The notes under the pieces were generated by a model. That model was not told where the DNA came from, did not search any database, and saw only the letters and a program-made list of their open reading frames with translations. This document shows, one piece after another, positions 25,401 to 38,545 of a DNA stretch of 64,000 nt; the stretch's first letter is position 1, and each line of letters begins with the position of its first letter. Position numbers and translations under genes: made by a program. The stretch is from Paraspadella gotoi. Taxonomy: Eukaryota; Animalia; Chaetognatha. The stretch spans positions 2,363,738-2,427,737 of the forward strand of contig CM119267.1 of NCBI GenBank assembly GCA_051294375.1. Reading direction: 5' to 3'.

Positions 25401-26835
25401 GTTTAGTGAGTAAAGGGATGTTTCCTTCCAGGATAAAAGACTGGCGCAAGTCTTTTCAGAATAGGCAGGCGAAATCGCAAAAGCAGAGAATCGATTTTTT
25501 TTTATTCAGATTTTTTTTTGATTTTGTGAAGATTTTGAGATCTGAAGATCGAAAGGATGCAATAGTGAAAAGACCGGGGGAGGAGAAGAGAAGAGAGAAG
25601 GATTCGAGGAGCGACATCAACCCATTTACGCCATTCTTTCGTGCATGGGAAGGAAAAGTCTAACCTTATGCTCCATCTTCAAAAGGAATATCAACAAATT
25701 CGTGCTGTCATGAACGCTATGACTCTTTGTATATCCTTGGCCATGAGGCGAACCGTTTTTATCCTAATTGGTTTTTTGCGTGCTGAAATTTTATTTTATG
25801 TTGTCTTGTCCACGTCTTAGTTAGGTGCGATCTACCGCCTACCTGGTTTTTGTTAGCGTTGTGTGTTCTCTTCTTCCATTTAGCCAGTTACAAAACAAAA
25901 ACCCAGTTGTTAATTTTTTATTTATACATCCGAATGTTATATTCTTTTTCCTATAAAGACTGCGGTCTTTGTGGTTTTAAAGCAAAATTGTTGATCGTTC
26001 TCCTTACTTTTATTATTTCTTTTTTTGCTTCCTATACACCTTTTTTTTTCAAAGACAATCACAATCTTGATTTTCGGGGAAACTAATGCTTTTCTCCATT
26101 ACTTTGGACTTTTTTTTTTTTTTTTTTTTTTTTTGGCAGTAAAGAATACTTTTTTTGCTCTGTCAAAATCATAAACGAGAGGAAAATATATATAAAATTT
26201 CTCAATAAACAAATTACTTTTTATTTTGAAAATTCGTAGNNNNNNNNNNNNNNNNNNNNNNNNNCGTAGAACGAATATAAAAAATAGCCATTCATTTAAT
26301 AAATAGGCTTATCTTGTCCCTAACTTCCGTCAGGTGGTTTAAGGCATCCATCACATTCATCACATTAATGACATACATACTTGCAGGACCGTGTAACGAC
26401 TCTTTCACAGTGTTGTTTATTCACTCAGACAGAAACTAGCTTCCTTTGTTGGAGCGTAATTCTCGCCCTCTTCCAACACCTTATCAACGAAGTGGCATAA
26501 ATTTTTAAAAAAAGTTTCAATTGTATTCAATTCTATTCTATCTAACATTAAGGACACAAATATAGTGAGGGTATCAAAAATACCGTTAAAAAAATTATCA
26601 ATATTATAAATGAGTCCCTTCCGTTATGAAAGAACATTTTTAAAGTTTCCATTAATTTTCTTCAAATATGTATTTACTTTTAATTTCAACTTTATTGTCA
26701 CCGAGTTTAATGTACACAATATACTAAATGATTGTTACATAATGCATAATACATAAAACGCCTCTACAACAGATGACGTCAATAACGACGACGACGTCAA
26801 AAAAAGCTGGAAGAAAAAGGGTTCAATCATTCTTG

Positions 26836-26871
26836 CAGCAGCGGCGGCGGCGGCGGCGGCGGCGGCGTCGT
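26836..26871 (+). repeat. (GCG)n microsatellite
   Basis: gcagcagcggcggcggcggcggcggcggcggcgtcg. Confidence 0.85.
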
Positions 26872-26914
26872 CACGCACTAAATCCGTCAAAAAAACACGG
26901 CATCGCCCCGCGCC

Positions 26915-27200
26915 CTCACTTTCCGTTTTCCACCTTCCATTTTTCTATTCACCTTTATCGTTCAACCTTCACTTTCTACTTAAACCTTTAACTTTCACTT
27001 TTTACCTTCACTTTCAGCTTTATATTTTCACTTTCACTTTTCACTTTCACTTTACATCTTTACTTTCAGTTTTACCTTTCCACGTTATCTTTCCACTTTC
27101 AATTACTACCTTTACTTTCCACTCTCCACTTTAACTTTTCACCTTTACTTTCCGCTTTCACTTTCCACTTTCACTTTCACCTTTATCTTACCACCTTCGC
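26915..27200 (+). repeat. Degenerate (TTTCAC)n hexamer-based array
   Basis: Repeated ttcact / ttttcac / tttacc motifs over ~285 bp. Confidence 0.75.
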
Positions 27201-27349
27201 TTTCTGGCAGGCGACGCAACCGGCAACTGCGTCCGGCAAAAAGTCTCCTTAAGCCTCGGTTCGACCGGAGAGAGAAACTGAAGGGAAAACCGGAGGCAGC
27301 ACCTTTGGAGATAAAATGAGAGGATTAAGAGAATGAGGGGATTAGCAGA

Positions 27350-27579
27350 TAGAAGAATGAGTGAATGAACGAATGAGTGAATGAACGAATGAGTGGATGA
27401 GTGAATGAGTGATTGAACGAATGAGTAAAGACCGCTAAAACAATTGGCCGACCAGGAAAAGACTGGTCAAATAATAACTGAGGGAAAGCGAGATTGAGAG
27501 AGTGGCGAGGCAAAATATTTATCAGAACTAATGAGTGAATGAAAGAATGAGAGAATGAACAAATGAGTGGTTGAACAAA
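27350..27579 (+). repeat. Degenerate (GAAT/GAGT/GAAC)n tetranucleotide array
   Basis: 'gaatgagtgaatgaacgaatgagtgaatgaacgaatgagt...'; runs into an N gap. Confidence 0.75.
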
Positions 27580-29174
27580 NNNNNNNNNNNNNNNNNNNNN
27601 NNNNNNNNNNNNNNNNNNNNNNNNNNNNNNNNNNNNNNNNNNNNNNNNNNNNNNNNNNNNNNNNNNNNNNNNNNNNNNNNNNNNNNNNNNNNNNNNNNNN
27701 NNNNNNNNNNNNNNNNNNNNNNNNNNNNNNNNNNNNNNNNNNNNNNNNNNNNNNNNNNNNNNNNNNNNNNNNNNNNNNNNNNNNNNNNNNNNNNNNNNNN
27801 NNNNNNNNNNNNNNNNNNNNNNNNNNNNNNNNNNNNNNNNNNNNNNTTATTTCAATCAGGAAATCGGTTTGACTTTTTTTAATTTTTTTCTTATTTTCTC
27901 CCTTTTCTTTTTCCTCTATTCTTTCCTCCCTCTCTCCCTCTCTTCCTCTCCCTTTTCCATCCCTTCCCTCCCTCCACCCTCTCTCCCTGNNNNNNNNNNN
28001 NNNNNNNNNNNNNNNNNNNNNNNNNNNNNNNNNNNNNNNNNNNNNNNNNNNNNNNNNNNNNNNNNNNNNNNNNNNNNNNNNNNNNNNNNNNNNNNNNNNN
28101 NNNNNNNNNNNNNNNNNNNNNNNNNNNNNNNNNNNNNNNNNNNNNNNNNNNNNNNNNNNNNNNNNNNNNNNNNNNNNNNNNNNNNNNNNNNNNNNNNNNN
28201 NNNNNNNNNNNNNNNNNNNNNNNNNNNNNNNNNNNNNNNNNNNNNNNNNNNNNNNNNNNNNNNNNNNNNNNNNNNNNNNNNNNNNNNNNNNNGGCGCACG
28301 GACCAAACTCGTGGAGGACAAAAGACGAGGCGAGAGAGGAACGAAACTGATGGTTTAGTTATGAGGCGATGGTTATGGTGCGTTGCTTCTTGTTGATGCA
28401 ATTTTCTTTTCCGCTCGAAAAATGGCGGAAAGAATAAAGAAGGGAAAGTTTAGGTAAGGGTTTTGTTTCTCCAGGTGATCGTAGTCGTCGTCGTCGTCTT
28501 CATCCTCATTCTCGTTATTTTCCTCATCGCCGTCGTCGTCGTCGTCTTCATCGTCGTTGTTTTTTTAATCTCAGCTCCCGTCCTTCATTTAAGGACAACT
28601 CAAACACTTTATACAATAAAACTTAAAAATTAAAATTTTTAACATTAAATTTTTAATTAAAATTCTAGTTAAATTAAGTTAATTTTTAAATACTTACTAA
28701 ATCCGTTTTTTTTGGCTTTAAATTCGATCTACAGAAAAAAACATTTTTTTTCGTCCATTAAAAACAAATGAAGCAATAAGAGGAGATGCAAGGAGATGCA
28801 AGAAAAAAACAGATGCAAAAATTCCGATGCAGACGAATCTCATTTTGCATCCAAATTGATACCTGGGGGGTTTTCAAGTGATGCAGTAAAATTGCCGTAA
28901 GGGAGTAGGTGAGTTTGTGTGTGTNNNNNNNNNNNNNNNNNNNNNNNNNNNNNNNNNNNNNNNNNNNNNNNNNNNNNNNNNNNNNNNNNNNNNNNNNNNN
29001 NNNNNNNNNNNNNNNNNNNNNNNNNNNNNNNNNNNNNNNNNNNNNNNNNNNNNNNNNNNNNNNNNNNNNNNNNNNNNNNNNNNNNNNNNNNNNNNNNNNN
29101 NNNNNNNNNNNNNNNNNNNNNNNNNNNNNNNNNNNNNNNNNNNNNNNNNNNNNNNNNNNNNNNNNNNNNNNNNN

Positions 29175-29206
<32 letters not shown>

Positions 29207-29609
29207 AAGAAAAGTTTAAGAAAGTAAAATATTTAAAAATTTGTAGCATTGATTAAATTTATACGATAATTTTGAAACTTATACTTGTATAAAATAACAA
29301 AATCGAAAAAAAAGAGCATCTGGGTATAAAAGTTAAGTTCTCCTCGTAACGCCATCTTTGCTTCGCTCCAGAGATCGTTCATCCAAGGGCAACGCGGCGA
29401 GACTCTTTAACTTCCCTTAACGACGGATAGGGGGGAGGGGGAGGTGGCGAAGGAATTAGTTATAAACGATCGATAAATATTCATAGAGAAAAGTAAATAA
29501 TCCTTATCTTCTCATTTATTCTTTTTGGGAGGAAAAAAAAAGAAAGAAAAAAAAAGAAGATTTTGAAGTTTGTTTCCTTCTTTCTCATTATCATTGACTC
29601 AACTCATCA

Positions 29610-30645
29610 TAACCTTGGCCTCGCTTCAAATTCACCTTCTATTCAGCACAGCCTTACTTTGGCCTATATTTGGCCTCGGCTTGGCTTCACCTGAGTTTTA
29701 GTATGGCCTTGCCTCGGCTTCACCTCGCTTGTATTTTGACTTGACTTCAGTTTAAATTAGGTTTTTAACGTGGTTTCATCTCGAATTCACCTCAGTTTTA
29801 CTTTGGCCTCACCTTGGACTCACCTTGTTTTAAATTCAGTCCTACTTAGGCCTCAACTTGGTCTAACCTCGGCTTCAATTCAGTCTTATTTTGGCCTCAC
29901 CTCCGCCTTACCTTGGACTCACCTCGGCTTCAATTCAGTACTTTTTGGCCTCACCTGAGCCTCACCTCAGACTCACGTCGGCCTCTGGCCTCACCTCGGC
30001 TTCACCTTGGCCTAACCTTGGCTTCAATTTGGTCTTATTCTTGCTTCACCTCAGCCTCACCTCAGGCTCACCTTGGCTTCAATTCAGTCTTACTTTGGCC
30101 TCACCTCGGCCTCACCTCGGCTTCAATTCAGTCTTATTTTGCAATCACCTTGGCCTAAATTCAGTCTTACTTAGGCCTCTACTTGGCCTCACCTCAGCTT
30201 CAATTCAGTCTTACTTTGGCCTCATATCGGACTCACCTAGGCTTCAATTCAGTCTTACTTTGGCCTCACCTTGGCCTCACCTTGGCTTCAATTCAGTCTT
30301 ATTNNNNNNNNNNNNNNNNNNNNNNNNNNNNNNNNNNNNNNNNNNNNNNNNNNNNNNNNNNNNNNNNNNNNNNNNNNNNNNNNNNNNNNNNNNNNNNNNN
30401 NNNNNNNNNNNNNNNNNNNNNNNNNNNNNNNNNNNNNNNNNNNNNNNNNNNNNNNNNNNNNNNNNNNNNNNNNNNNNNNNNNNNNNNNNNNNNNNNNNNN
30501 NNNNNNNNNNNNNNNNNNNNNNNNNNNNNNNNNNNNNNNNNNNNNNNNNNNNNNNNNNNNNNNNNNNNNNNNNNNNNNNNNNNNNNNNTCAGTCTTACTT
30601 TGGCCTCACCTCGGCCTCACCTCGGCTTTACTTCACCTCAACCTG
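29610..30645 (+). repeat. Minisatellite with 11-bp subunits in 33/44-bp higher-order units (ttcaattcagt-cttactttggc-ctcacctcggc[-ctcacctcggc])
   Basis: The array continues on both sides of the gap at 30304-30588 and is more degenerate at its left edge. Confidence 0.9.
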
Positions 30646-30733
30646 ATCGCCAGGAAAAAAAACTTGATGTCGGACTTAATTTGGACTCTGAGCGGATGAC
30701 GGTAACGGCGAGGAAAAGAACGCGTGGCGAGGC

Positions 30734-30834
<101 letters not shown>

Positions 30835-31711
30835 CTCTCCCTCTTACGCATGGTTGCACGAAGCAATAACATTTGGTAAAGAAACCAAAGGAACTCGAAG
30901 CCAAAAAAAAGTAAAGAGATTTTTGGACAAGATGGCGGACATTTCATTGGAATCGTTTCCTTCAGGGATTTTGCGATTTCATCGGAAAAACGATAATTTC
31001 AATGTTTTGATTTTATGTCGTTTTTTTTTCTCGTAGGAAAAAAAAGTTACATGATGGTTCGTTTGGAAATCGATACGATATCGGACAGAAAATTGTTCGA
31101 TAGTTTAAGTATAGTATACTGAATACAGGGAAATTTGAAATCTAGTGCAAAGTATTATTTTTAAACTCGTTTTCTGAAGAGAAAACATTTTAATTTTTTT
31201 TTAATATTAAAAAATAGTAATTTAACAAAAGATAGTTAACTCATGTCACCTCGGAACAATATATTCGATAAGTGCCAAGATGAGCGAAAGTAGGAGAAAG
31301 AAGAGAAGAAGGATAATAAACGAAGACGTCTCGAATCGTTTGCGCTTCTTCCTTCAGCCAGTTCTCAGAAATGGAATCAGAATTCTCAGAAATGAAAGGA
31401 AGAAACTTCGATGTCTCTCTTCGCTGAGACTCGCGTCCCGTCGCCAGAATTTGTCAATTTGATTATAATCTCGAATTTATGCGGTGACCTGATTTAAGAA
31501 TTAAGTTTTCATGAAAAGGTTATTATGTACTTGAGGATTAATTATTTTTTTCCTAGAAAGATCGTCATTGAACACAATTTTAATGAAATTAATATAGTAA
31601 TGGCTAAATTAAAAAGGATTTAAAAAAAATTAGACAGATAAACAGACATACTGAAATTGAAAATATTGAGTGACTGAAGTTGAAAAAGGAAAAACGTAAA
31701 ACGCGTGAAAG

Positions 31712-31779
<68 letters not shown>

Positions 31780-32329
31780 AATGGATGTTGAGTCGTCGTG
31801 ACTTCAATTCATTTCACCCGCGATCCTATTCAATGTGAAAGAAGGAAAGAAGAGAAAAGGGGAAAAGAAATGGAGGAAGGAAGGAAAAAAGAAAAGAAAT
31901 GACCATAGAGGGGAGGAAAAAGAAAAGTGAAAAGAAAGGGGAAAAAGAAAGGAGAAAAAAATGGATCTGAGAGAGAAAGGAAAGAGAGAAAGCCTGAGAG
32001 TGAAAGTGAGAAATAGAGAGGGAAAGAGAGGGAGGGAGAGAGAGAGAGAGAAAGAGAGAGAGAGGGAGAGANNNNNNNNNNNNNNNNNNNNNNNNNNNNN
32101 NNNNNNNNNNNNNNNNNNNNNNNNNNNNNNNNNNNNNNNNNNNNNNNNNNNNNNNNNNNNNNNNNNNNNNNNNNNNNNNNNNNNNNNNNNNNNNNNNNNN
32201 NNNNNNNNNNNNNNNNNNNNNNNNNNNNNNNNNNNNNNNNNNNNNNNNNNNNNNNNNNNNNNNNNNNNNNNNNNNNNNNNNNNNNNNNNNNNNNNNNNNN
32301 NNNNNNNNNNNNNNNNNNNNNNNNNNNNN

Positions 32330-32364
<35 letters not shown>

Positions 32365-33202
32365 TTATGTTTTGAAGTGAAAAGGATGGTTGTGGTTGTG
32401 ATGAGAGTGACTGACTGACTGAGATGAGATGAGACAAGAAGGGGAAGAGGAACTTGCGAGAAAAAATGAAATTGGGAATAAGGAAAAGAAAAAAAGGAAA
32501 ATAAAATAGGGAAAAGGGAAAAAGGAAAAGTGGAAAAGGAAAAAGGAAATAGGAAATGGAAAAGGGGACAAAAAGGGACAAAAAGGGAAAAAAGGGAAAA
32601 AAAGGGAAAAAAAGGGGAAAAAATGGAAAAAAGGAAATATACAGAGAGGGGGGGAAAATGGAAAGTCGAGACAGAGAGAGAGAGAGAGAGNNNNNNNNNN
32701 NNNNNNNNNNNNNNNGAGAGAGAGAGAAAAGAGAGCGAGTAGAGATAGAGAGAAACCCAGAGAGACACCGAGATCGGAGAGAGAGAGAGAGAAACAGAGA
32801 GAGAGAGAAGAGAGTACAGAGAGAGAGAGAGAGAGAAGAGAAGAGAGAGAGAGTACGAGATCAGAGAATACGAGAGGGGATGAGAGAGAGGAGAAGTACG
32901 AACGGATCTCTGTGAGGCGGAATCAAATCAAATGAAGCCTCCGTGCGCGCGGACAAAGTCGACTACTCGATTTAACTCCTCTCTCTCTTTATTTCAATAA
33001 TTCCATAAAATCCACATTTGCTCGGGTCGAACGAACGCTCAGTTCTGTTCACTTCGGTCGGGGTCACGTTCGGGTCGGGCGGGTCGGGCGTCGTCGCTTA
33101 GCCATCAATCGTACACAGAGCCAGTAGAGAAGAGGGGCGAGAGAGAGAGAGAAGCGGGAGAGAGAGGAGAGGAGAGAGAAGAGAGAGAGAGAAGAAGGAG
33201 AT

Positions 33203-33241
<39 letters not shown>

Positions 33242-33990
33242 CGAAATCATAGAGAGAAAGAGAAGACAGAGAGAGACAGAGAGTAGGAGAGAAGAGAAAG
33301 AGAGAGAGAGAGAGAGAGACAGAAGACAGAGAGACAGAGAGACAGAGAGACAGAGACACAAGGAAAATACGGGGACATTGTTTTATGACTCGAACAGGAG
33401 GAGCATGAATCTTTTCCTATCTCTCTGTTCTACTTTCCATTTCCCGCCCCTCACCGCACCTCATCCTGTATTTTTTCCCTTTTTTCCATTTTTTTCGCCC
33501 TTTTCTCCCCCCCTTTTTTTTTTCCCTTTTTTTTTTTCTCTCCCTTTTTGTCCCTTTTTTCCTTGATTTCTCCATTTTTTTCCTTTTCCCCGTTTTCGCC
33601 TTTCCCACTTTTTTTTCCTTTTTCCCGCTTTTCCCTATTTTATTTTTCCTTTTTCCTGTCTTCTATTTTCCTTTTCCGCCGCCTTTTTTTCCTTTTTTTT
33701 TCCTTTTTTCTTTTCCCACTTTGTCCTTTTTCTCCCTTTCCCTATTTTATTTTACTTTTTTTTGTTTTTTCCTTATTCCCAATTTCCTTTTTTCTTCTCT
33801 CGCATTTCCTTTTCCCGCTTCTTGCGCATCATCTCAAATTCAGTCAGTCAGTCACTCTCATCACATAACGAACCACAACGCAATCTTTTTGCCTTCAAAG
33901 AACATAACGCTCTCTCGCTCTCCTCGTCTCATTCTCCTCTTCTCTCATCCCTCGTCTCTGCATCGTCTCTCTCTCTCGATCTCATCTCCC
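32330..33990. repeat. Inverted duplication: arm ~32330-32690 mirrored by a noisy copy at ~33415-33990
   Basis: 'agcgttatgttttgaag...gatgagagtgactgactgactga...aaattgggaataagg...aaaatggaaagt' (32361-32666) is reverse-complemented as 'actttccattt...ccttattcccaattt...tcagtcagtcagtcactctcatcac...cttcaaagaacataacgct' (33432-33911). A 25-N gap lies at 32691-32715. Confidence 0.85.
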
Positions 33991-35834
33991 TCTCTCTCCG
34001 TCCCGTCTCTCTCTCTCTCGTCTGAGCTCTCTCCGTCATCCTCGATCTCTCCCTCTCTCTCTCTTCCTCCGTCTATTCCTTTCAGACTCAGGTCAAACAA
34101 GACTCAAAACACGCACTCGCTAAACCTCTACTCTGAGTGAATGATGGACGCGTCATTATTCTCCGGACGCTGACCAGAAAGCTGTCTACTGTTCCTATCT
34201 GTCTCTCTGTTTCTCTCTCTCTCTCTCACACCATCGTATTTTAAATTACATTTGGGCCTCAAAAAAAAAGAAAAAAAGAAAAGAAATGGCAAAAAATGGA
34301 AATCGAATTAGTGACGTCGAGAAAAACGCGAATCCATTTGAGTGAAAAAACAAAATATGGTTTCCTTCCATTTTCGCTCGATTATGCATCACTTGATGTA
34401 CGAGGAGAATAAAAGGAAACAGATAATTATAATTAAATGAAAAAAAAAAACAATCCAAATTTATTTTAAGATTTAAATTTTGGCATTTTTTTTTCTTCAT
34501 TTTTTTCTCTTTTTTTTGTCTTTTTTATTATTTTCTTTTATTTTATTTTCTTTTCCTAAGTTTTACTTTTTTAAATTTTTTTCCCTTTCTTTTTCACCTT
34601 TCTTTTTTATTTCATCAAGTTTTGGTTTGATTTTAATTTTTTTTCTCATCCAAGTCACACGAAGAATCGAGTAAACAAATTTAATTTTAAGCTAAGTTTC
34701 AAGAAGGAAAATAATAAATTATTATTTATTGAAATAGAAACTTAATAACGGGTCCTTTGAGAAGCTTGGCTGTTAGACGAGGCTTTAAGTCAAGTCGCTA
34801 CAAATCTATATAAACAAAATCTAGTTAAAAATGTTATTTGAACTAAAGAGATTAATTGAAATTAACACGAGTGAATTTGGGAAGAGAAGGAGCGACGGGG
34901 TTCATTAATCATGAAAAAGNNNNNNNNNNNNNNNNNNNNNNNNNNNNNNNNNNNNNNNNNNNNNNNNNNNNNNNNNNNNNNNNNNNNNNNNNNNNNNNNN
35001 NNNNNNNNNNNNNNNNNNNNNNNNNNNNNNNNNNNNNNNNNNNNNNNNNNNNNNNNNNNNNNNNNNNNNNNNNNNNNNNNNNNNNNNNNNNNNNNNNNNN
35101 NNNNNNNNNNNNNNNNNNNNNNNNNNNNNNNNNNNNNNNNNNNNNNNNNNNNNNNNNNNNNNNNNNNNNNNNNNNNNNNNNNNNNNNNNNNNNNNNNNNN
35201 NNNNNNNNNNNNNNNNNNNNNNNNNNNNNNNNNNNNNNNNNNNNNNNNNNNNNNNNNNNNNNNNNNNNNNNNNNNNNNNNNNNNNNNNNNNNNNNNNNNN
35301 NNNNNNNNNNNNNNNNNNNNNNNNNNNNNNNNNNNNNNNNNNNNNNNNNNNNNNNNNNNNNNNNNNNNNNNNNNNNNNNNNNNNNNNNNNNNNNNNNNNN
35401 NNNNNNNNNNNNNNNNNNNNNNNNNNNNNNNNNNNNNNNNNNNNNNNNNNNNNNNNNNNNNNNNNNNNNNNNNNNNNNNNNNNNNNNNNNNNNNNNNNNN
35501 NNNNNNNNNNNNNNNNNNNNNNNNNNNNNNNNNNNNNNNNNNNNNNNNNNNNNNNNNNNNNNNNNNNNNNNNNNNNNNNNNNNNNNNNNNNNNNNNNNNN
35601 NNNNNNNNNNNNNNNNNNNNNNNNNNNNNNNNNNNNNNNNNNNNNNNNNNNNNNNNNNNNNNNNNNNNNNNNNNNNNNNNNNNNNNNNNNNNNNNNNNNN
35701 NNNNNNNNNNNNNNNNNNNNNNNNNNNNNACTCCTTGATCGATTACGAAACACCATTAGGCGCGAAAGGTCGAATCGACGCAAAGCGACGTCGACGGAAA
35801 AGGTTAAGGGTTCTTGGCGCCGAGAATGATCTGT

Positions 35835-36130
35835 GAATGATCGATGAATTATTGGGGGGATGGGATGAATGATCGATGAATTATTGGGGGGATGGGATGA
35901 ATGATCGATGAATTATTGGGGGATGGGATGAATGATCGATAAATTTTAGTGGGATGGGATGAATTATCAACGAATTATTGGGGGTTGGAATGAATGATCG
36001 AAGAATTATTGGGGGACGGGACCCAGTGATCGATAAATTATGATCAAATAAAATGAATTTAAATGGTTAATGAGAATTGGGATGAATGATAAATGAATTA
36101 TTGATGAATTAATGAGAAATGATTGATAAA
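35835..36130 (+). repeat. 31-32-bp minisatellite (gaatgatcgatgaattattggggggatgggat)
   Basis: Units start at 35835, 35867, 35899 and 35930 and decay toward ~36130. Confidence 0.92.
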
Positions 36131-36189
36131 TTAAATTCCATAATATAGAATCAAAAATCTTTTTCTTGAAAAAAAAACGATTTATTTTT

Positions 36190-36250
<61 letters not shown>

Positions 36251-36473
36251 TCTGTTTCTCTCTATTTTTAAAACTACTTCTTTAATGTAAGATCGACTAA
36301 TTGGGAGCTCAACCGTGATGAAGCAGATAAATGAATGATAAAGTTACTGATAACCGAACGCATAATCCATTAACTCCTGTTATCACAGAATCATCACAGA
36401 ATTAATGGCAGAAGTGATAATTGAATCGATGATTAAGTATCAAGAGGGAAGGACATTAGTCAAGTAAGTTGAA

Positions 36474-36508
<35 letters not shown>

Positions 36509-36714
36509 NNNNNNNNNNNNNNNNNNNNNNNNNNNNNNNNNNNNNNNNNNNNNNNNNNNNNNNNNNNNNNNNNNNNNNNNNNNNNNNNNNNNNNNNNNNN
36601 NNNNNNNNNNNNNNNNNNNNNNNNNNNNNNNNNNNNNNNNNNNNNNNNNNNNNNNNNNNNNNNNNNNNNNNNNNNNNNNNNNNNNNNNNNNNNNNNNNNN
36701 NNNNNNNNNNNNNN

Positions 36715-36751
<37 letters not shown>

Positions 36752-37098
36752 CGGAAAATGACAGATGATTCTTCTTCGCGACAAAATTCGCCTCAAATAA
36801 GTCGTCGCGCGATCCTCGTTGCCATGACGATGAACCACGAGTGCTTCGTTGTTGTTGTCGTCGTTGTTATTGTTGCTGTCGTCGTTGTCTTTCCTTTTTT
36901 TGGAGTTAATGTTTAGTTTATGCTTTAGTTTTGTTTAATAAAGTTTTGTCTTTTTCATCAAATAGATTTAATTAGTTACTATAAAAAGAAAAAAACGACA
37001 ACAACAACAAATATAAACCTATTAGTGTTGTCGTGATGTCGTTTTCGTCATCGTCGCTGACGTCGTCATTTTTTCATCCGTTGGTTTTGTTTTCATAT

Positions 37099-37099
<1 letters not shown>

Positions 37100-37141
<42 letters not shown>
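37100..37141 (+). repeat. (GTC)n microsatellite
   Basis: About 13 perfect units. Confidence 0.95.
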
Positions 37142-38472
37142 CTTCAGAGTCCGAGTTGTCGTTTTTAATTATGTTGGCGTCAGTGAAATGAGAATGTACG
37201 CTGATGTCCTTATCTTCTGAATGAGGGAGTGGGAATAACAAGAGAAGACGAAGTAGAGAGGAGGAGGAGAGTAAGGGAGAAGAGCAGAGAGAGAGGACGC
37301 AGAGCAGAGAGGAGAGAAGAGAGAGAAAAGAGCAGAAGAGAGAGTATTGACGAGCTCGAAACACAATACGCAGCCAGTACGTCTCCCAGTGATCAAACGT
37401 TATTCTTATTAGGCATGAGAGAGAGAGAGAGAGAGAGAGTAAAGGTGGAGCATCTTAATCTCTAATGCGATTGATAATCGGATTTCGTCGTCGACGGAAG
37501 AAGAGAAAATCTGCAGCAGAAAGACGAGATCGATTCTACCGATTTTAGATATGAATAATGAAGAATGGAATTGAGAAAAAAAGGAGGAAGAGAGAAAAGG
37601 GGAAAAAAAGAGAAATGAAAAAGGAGGAAACAAAAATGGAGGAAAAAAGAGGAAAAACAATGGAGGAAAGAAAAGAAAAAAGTAGGGAAAAAAATGGAGA
37701 AAAAAAGGAGGAAAAAAAAGAGGAAAGAAAGGAAAAAAGAAATGAAAAAAGAAAGAAAGAAAAAAGGAGAAAGAAAAAAGGAGGAAAGAAAAAAGGAGGA
37801 AAGAAAAATGGAGAACCAGAGAGTTCAAGGTGTTGAGCCGCTTGATGACGTGACTGAACAAGAATGAAACATGTAAATTAAGCTCAGATACACTAATTGT
37901 AGGAAAAAGGAAGAAAAAAATAAAGAAAGAAAGAAAGAGAGAAAGAAAGAAAGAATGAAAGAAAGAAAGAGAAAAAGAAAAAAAATAAAGAAACAGAGCT
38001 TCGTTTGTTTACCCCATACTTTGTTAAAAAAAAAAAAGATTTTTTTTCCACAAGAAAAAAGTATTATTGTTTTACAACTTAAGATGCAAATAAGTTTATT
38101 TTATTAATTAAATAATATTTTTATTTTGATAATGATTTTAATTTATAATTATTACTCTTTCGTAGACGAAAGATGAAGAGTTCAAACTTCAATATGAAAA
38201 TCACAAAAGATTAAGAGGAGGATGTGGGATGTGGGAATGAGGTCACGTGATTTGGAGTTTTGGGTCAGTTCCGGTTCCATCGAATCTCGATCGTCTGGAC
38301 AGAAAGACGCGGGTCAGTTGATTCAGGGAAGACGAGAACAAGTCTGATGAAGAAGATGGAATCTTAGACGAAGATGGAATCGAAGAATGAGCAAAGATTT
38401 CTCAAGACGAAGTCGATTCTGGATGAAATTCGCAAATGGAGAATCAGATCAGAGAAGGAAATGGGGGGGGTC

Positions 38473-38545
<73 letters not shown>

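Noticed and set aside
25615-25640. piggyBac-like end 'tcaacccatttacgcc'
   Set aside because: No TTAA target site and no matching inverted end found nearby.
29891-30646. 251-aa repetitive ORF (LGLTSASIQSY-type repeats)
   Set aside because: Translation of the 11/33/44-bp minisatellite; the same peptides occur in all three frames and the ORF crosses a gap.
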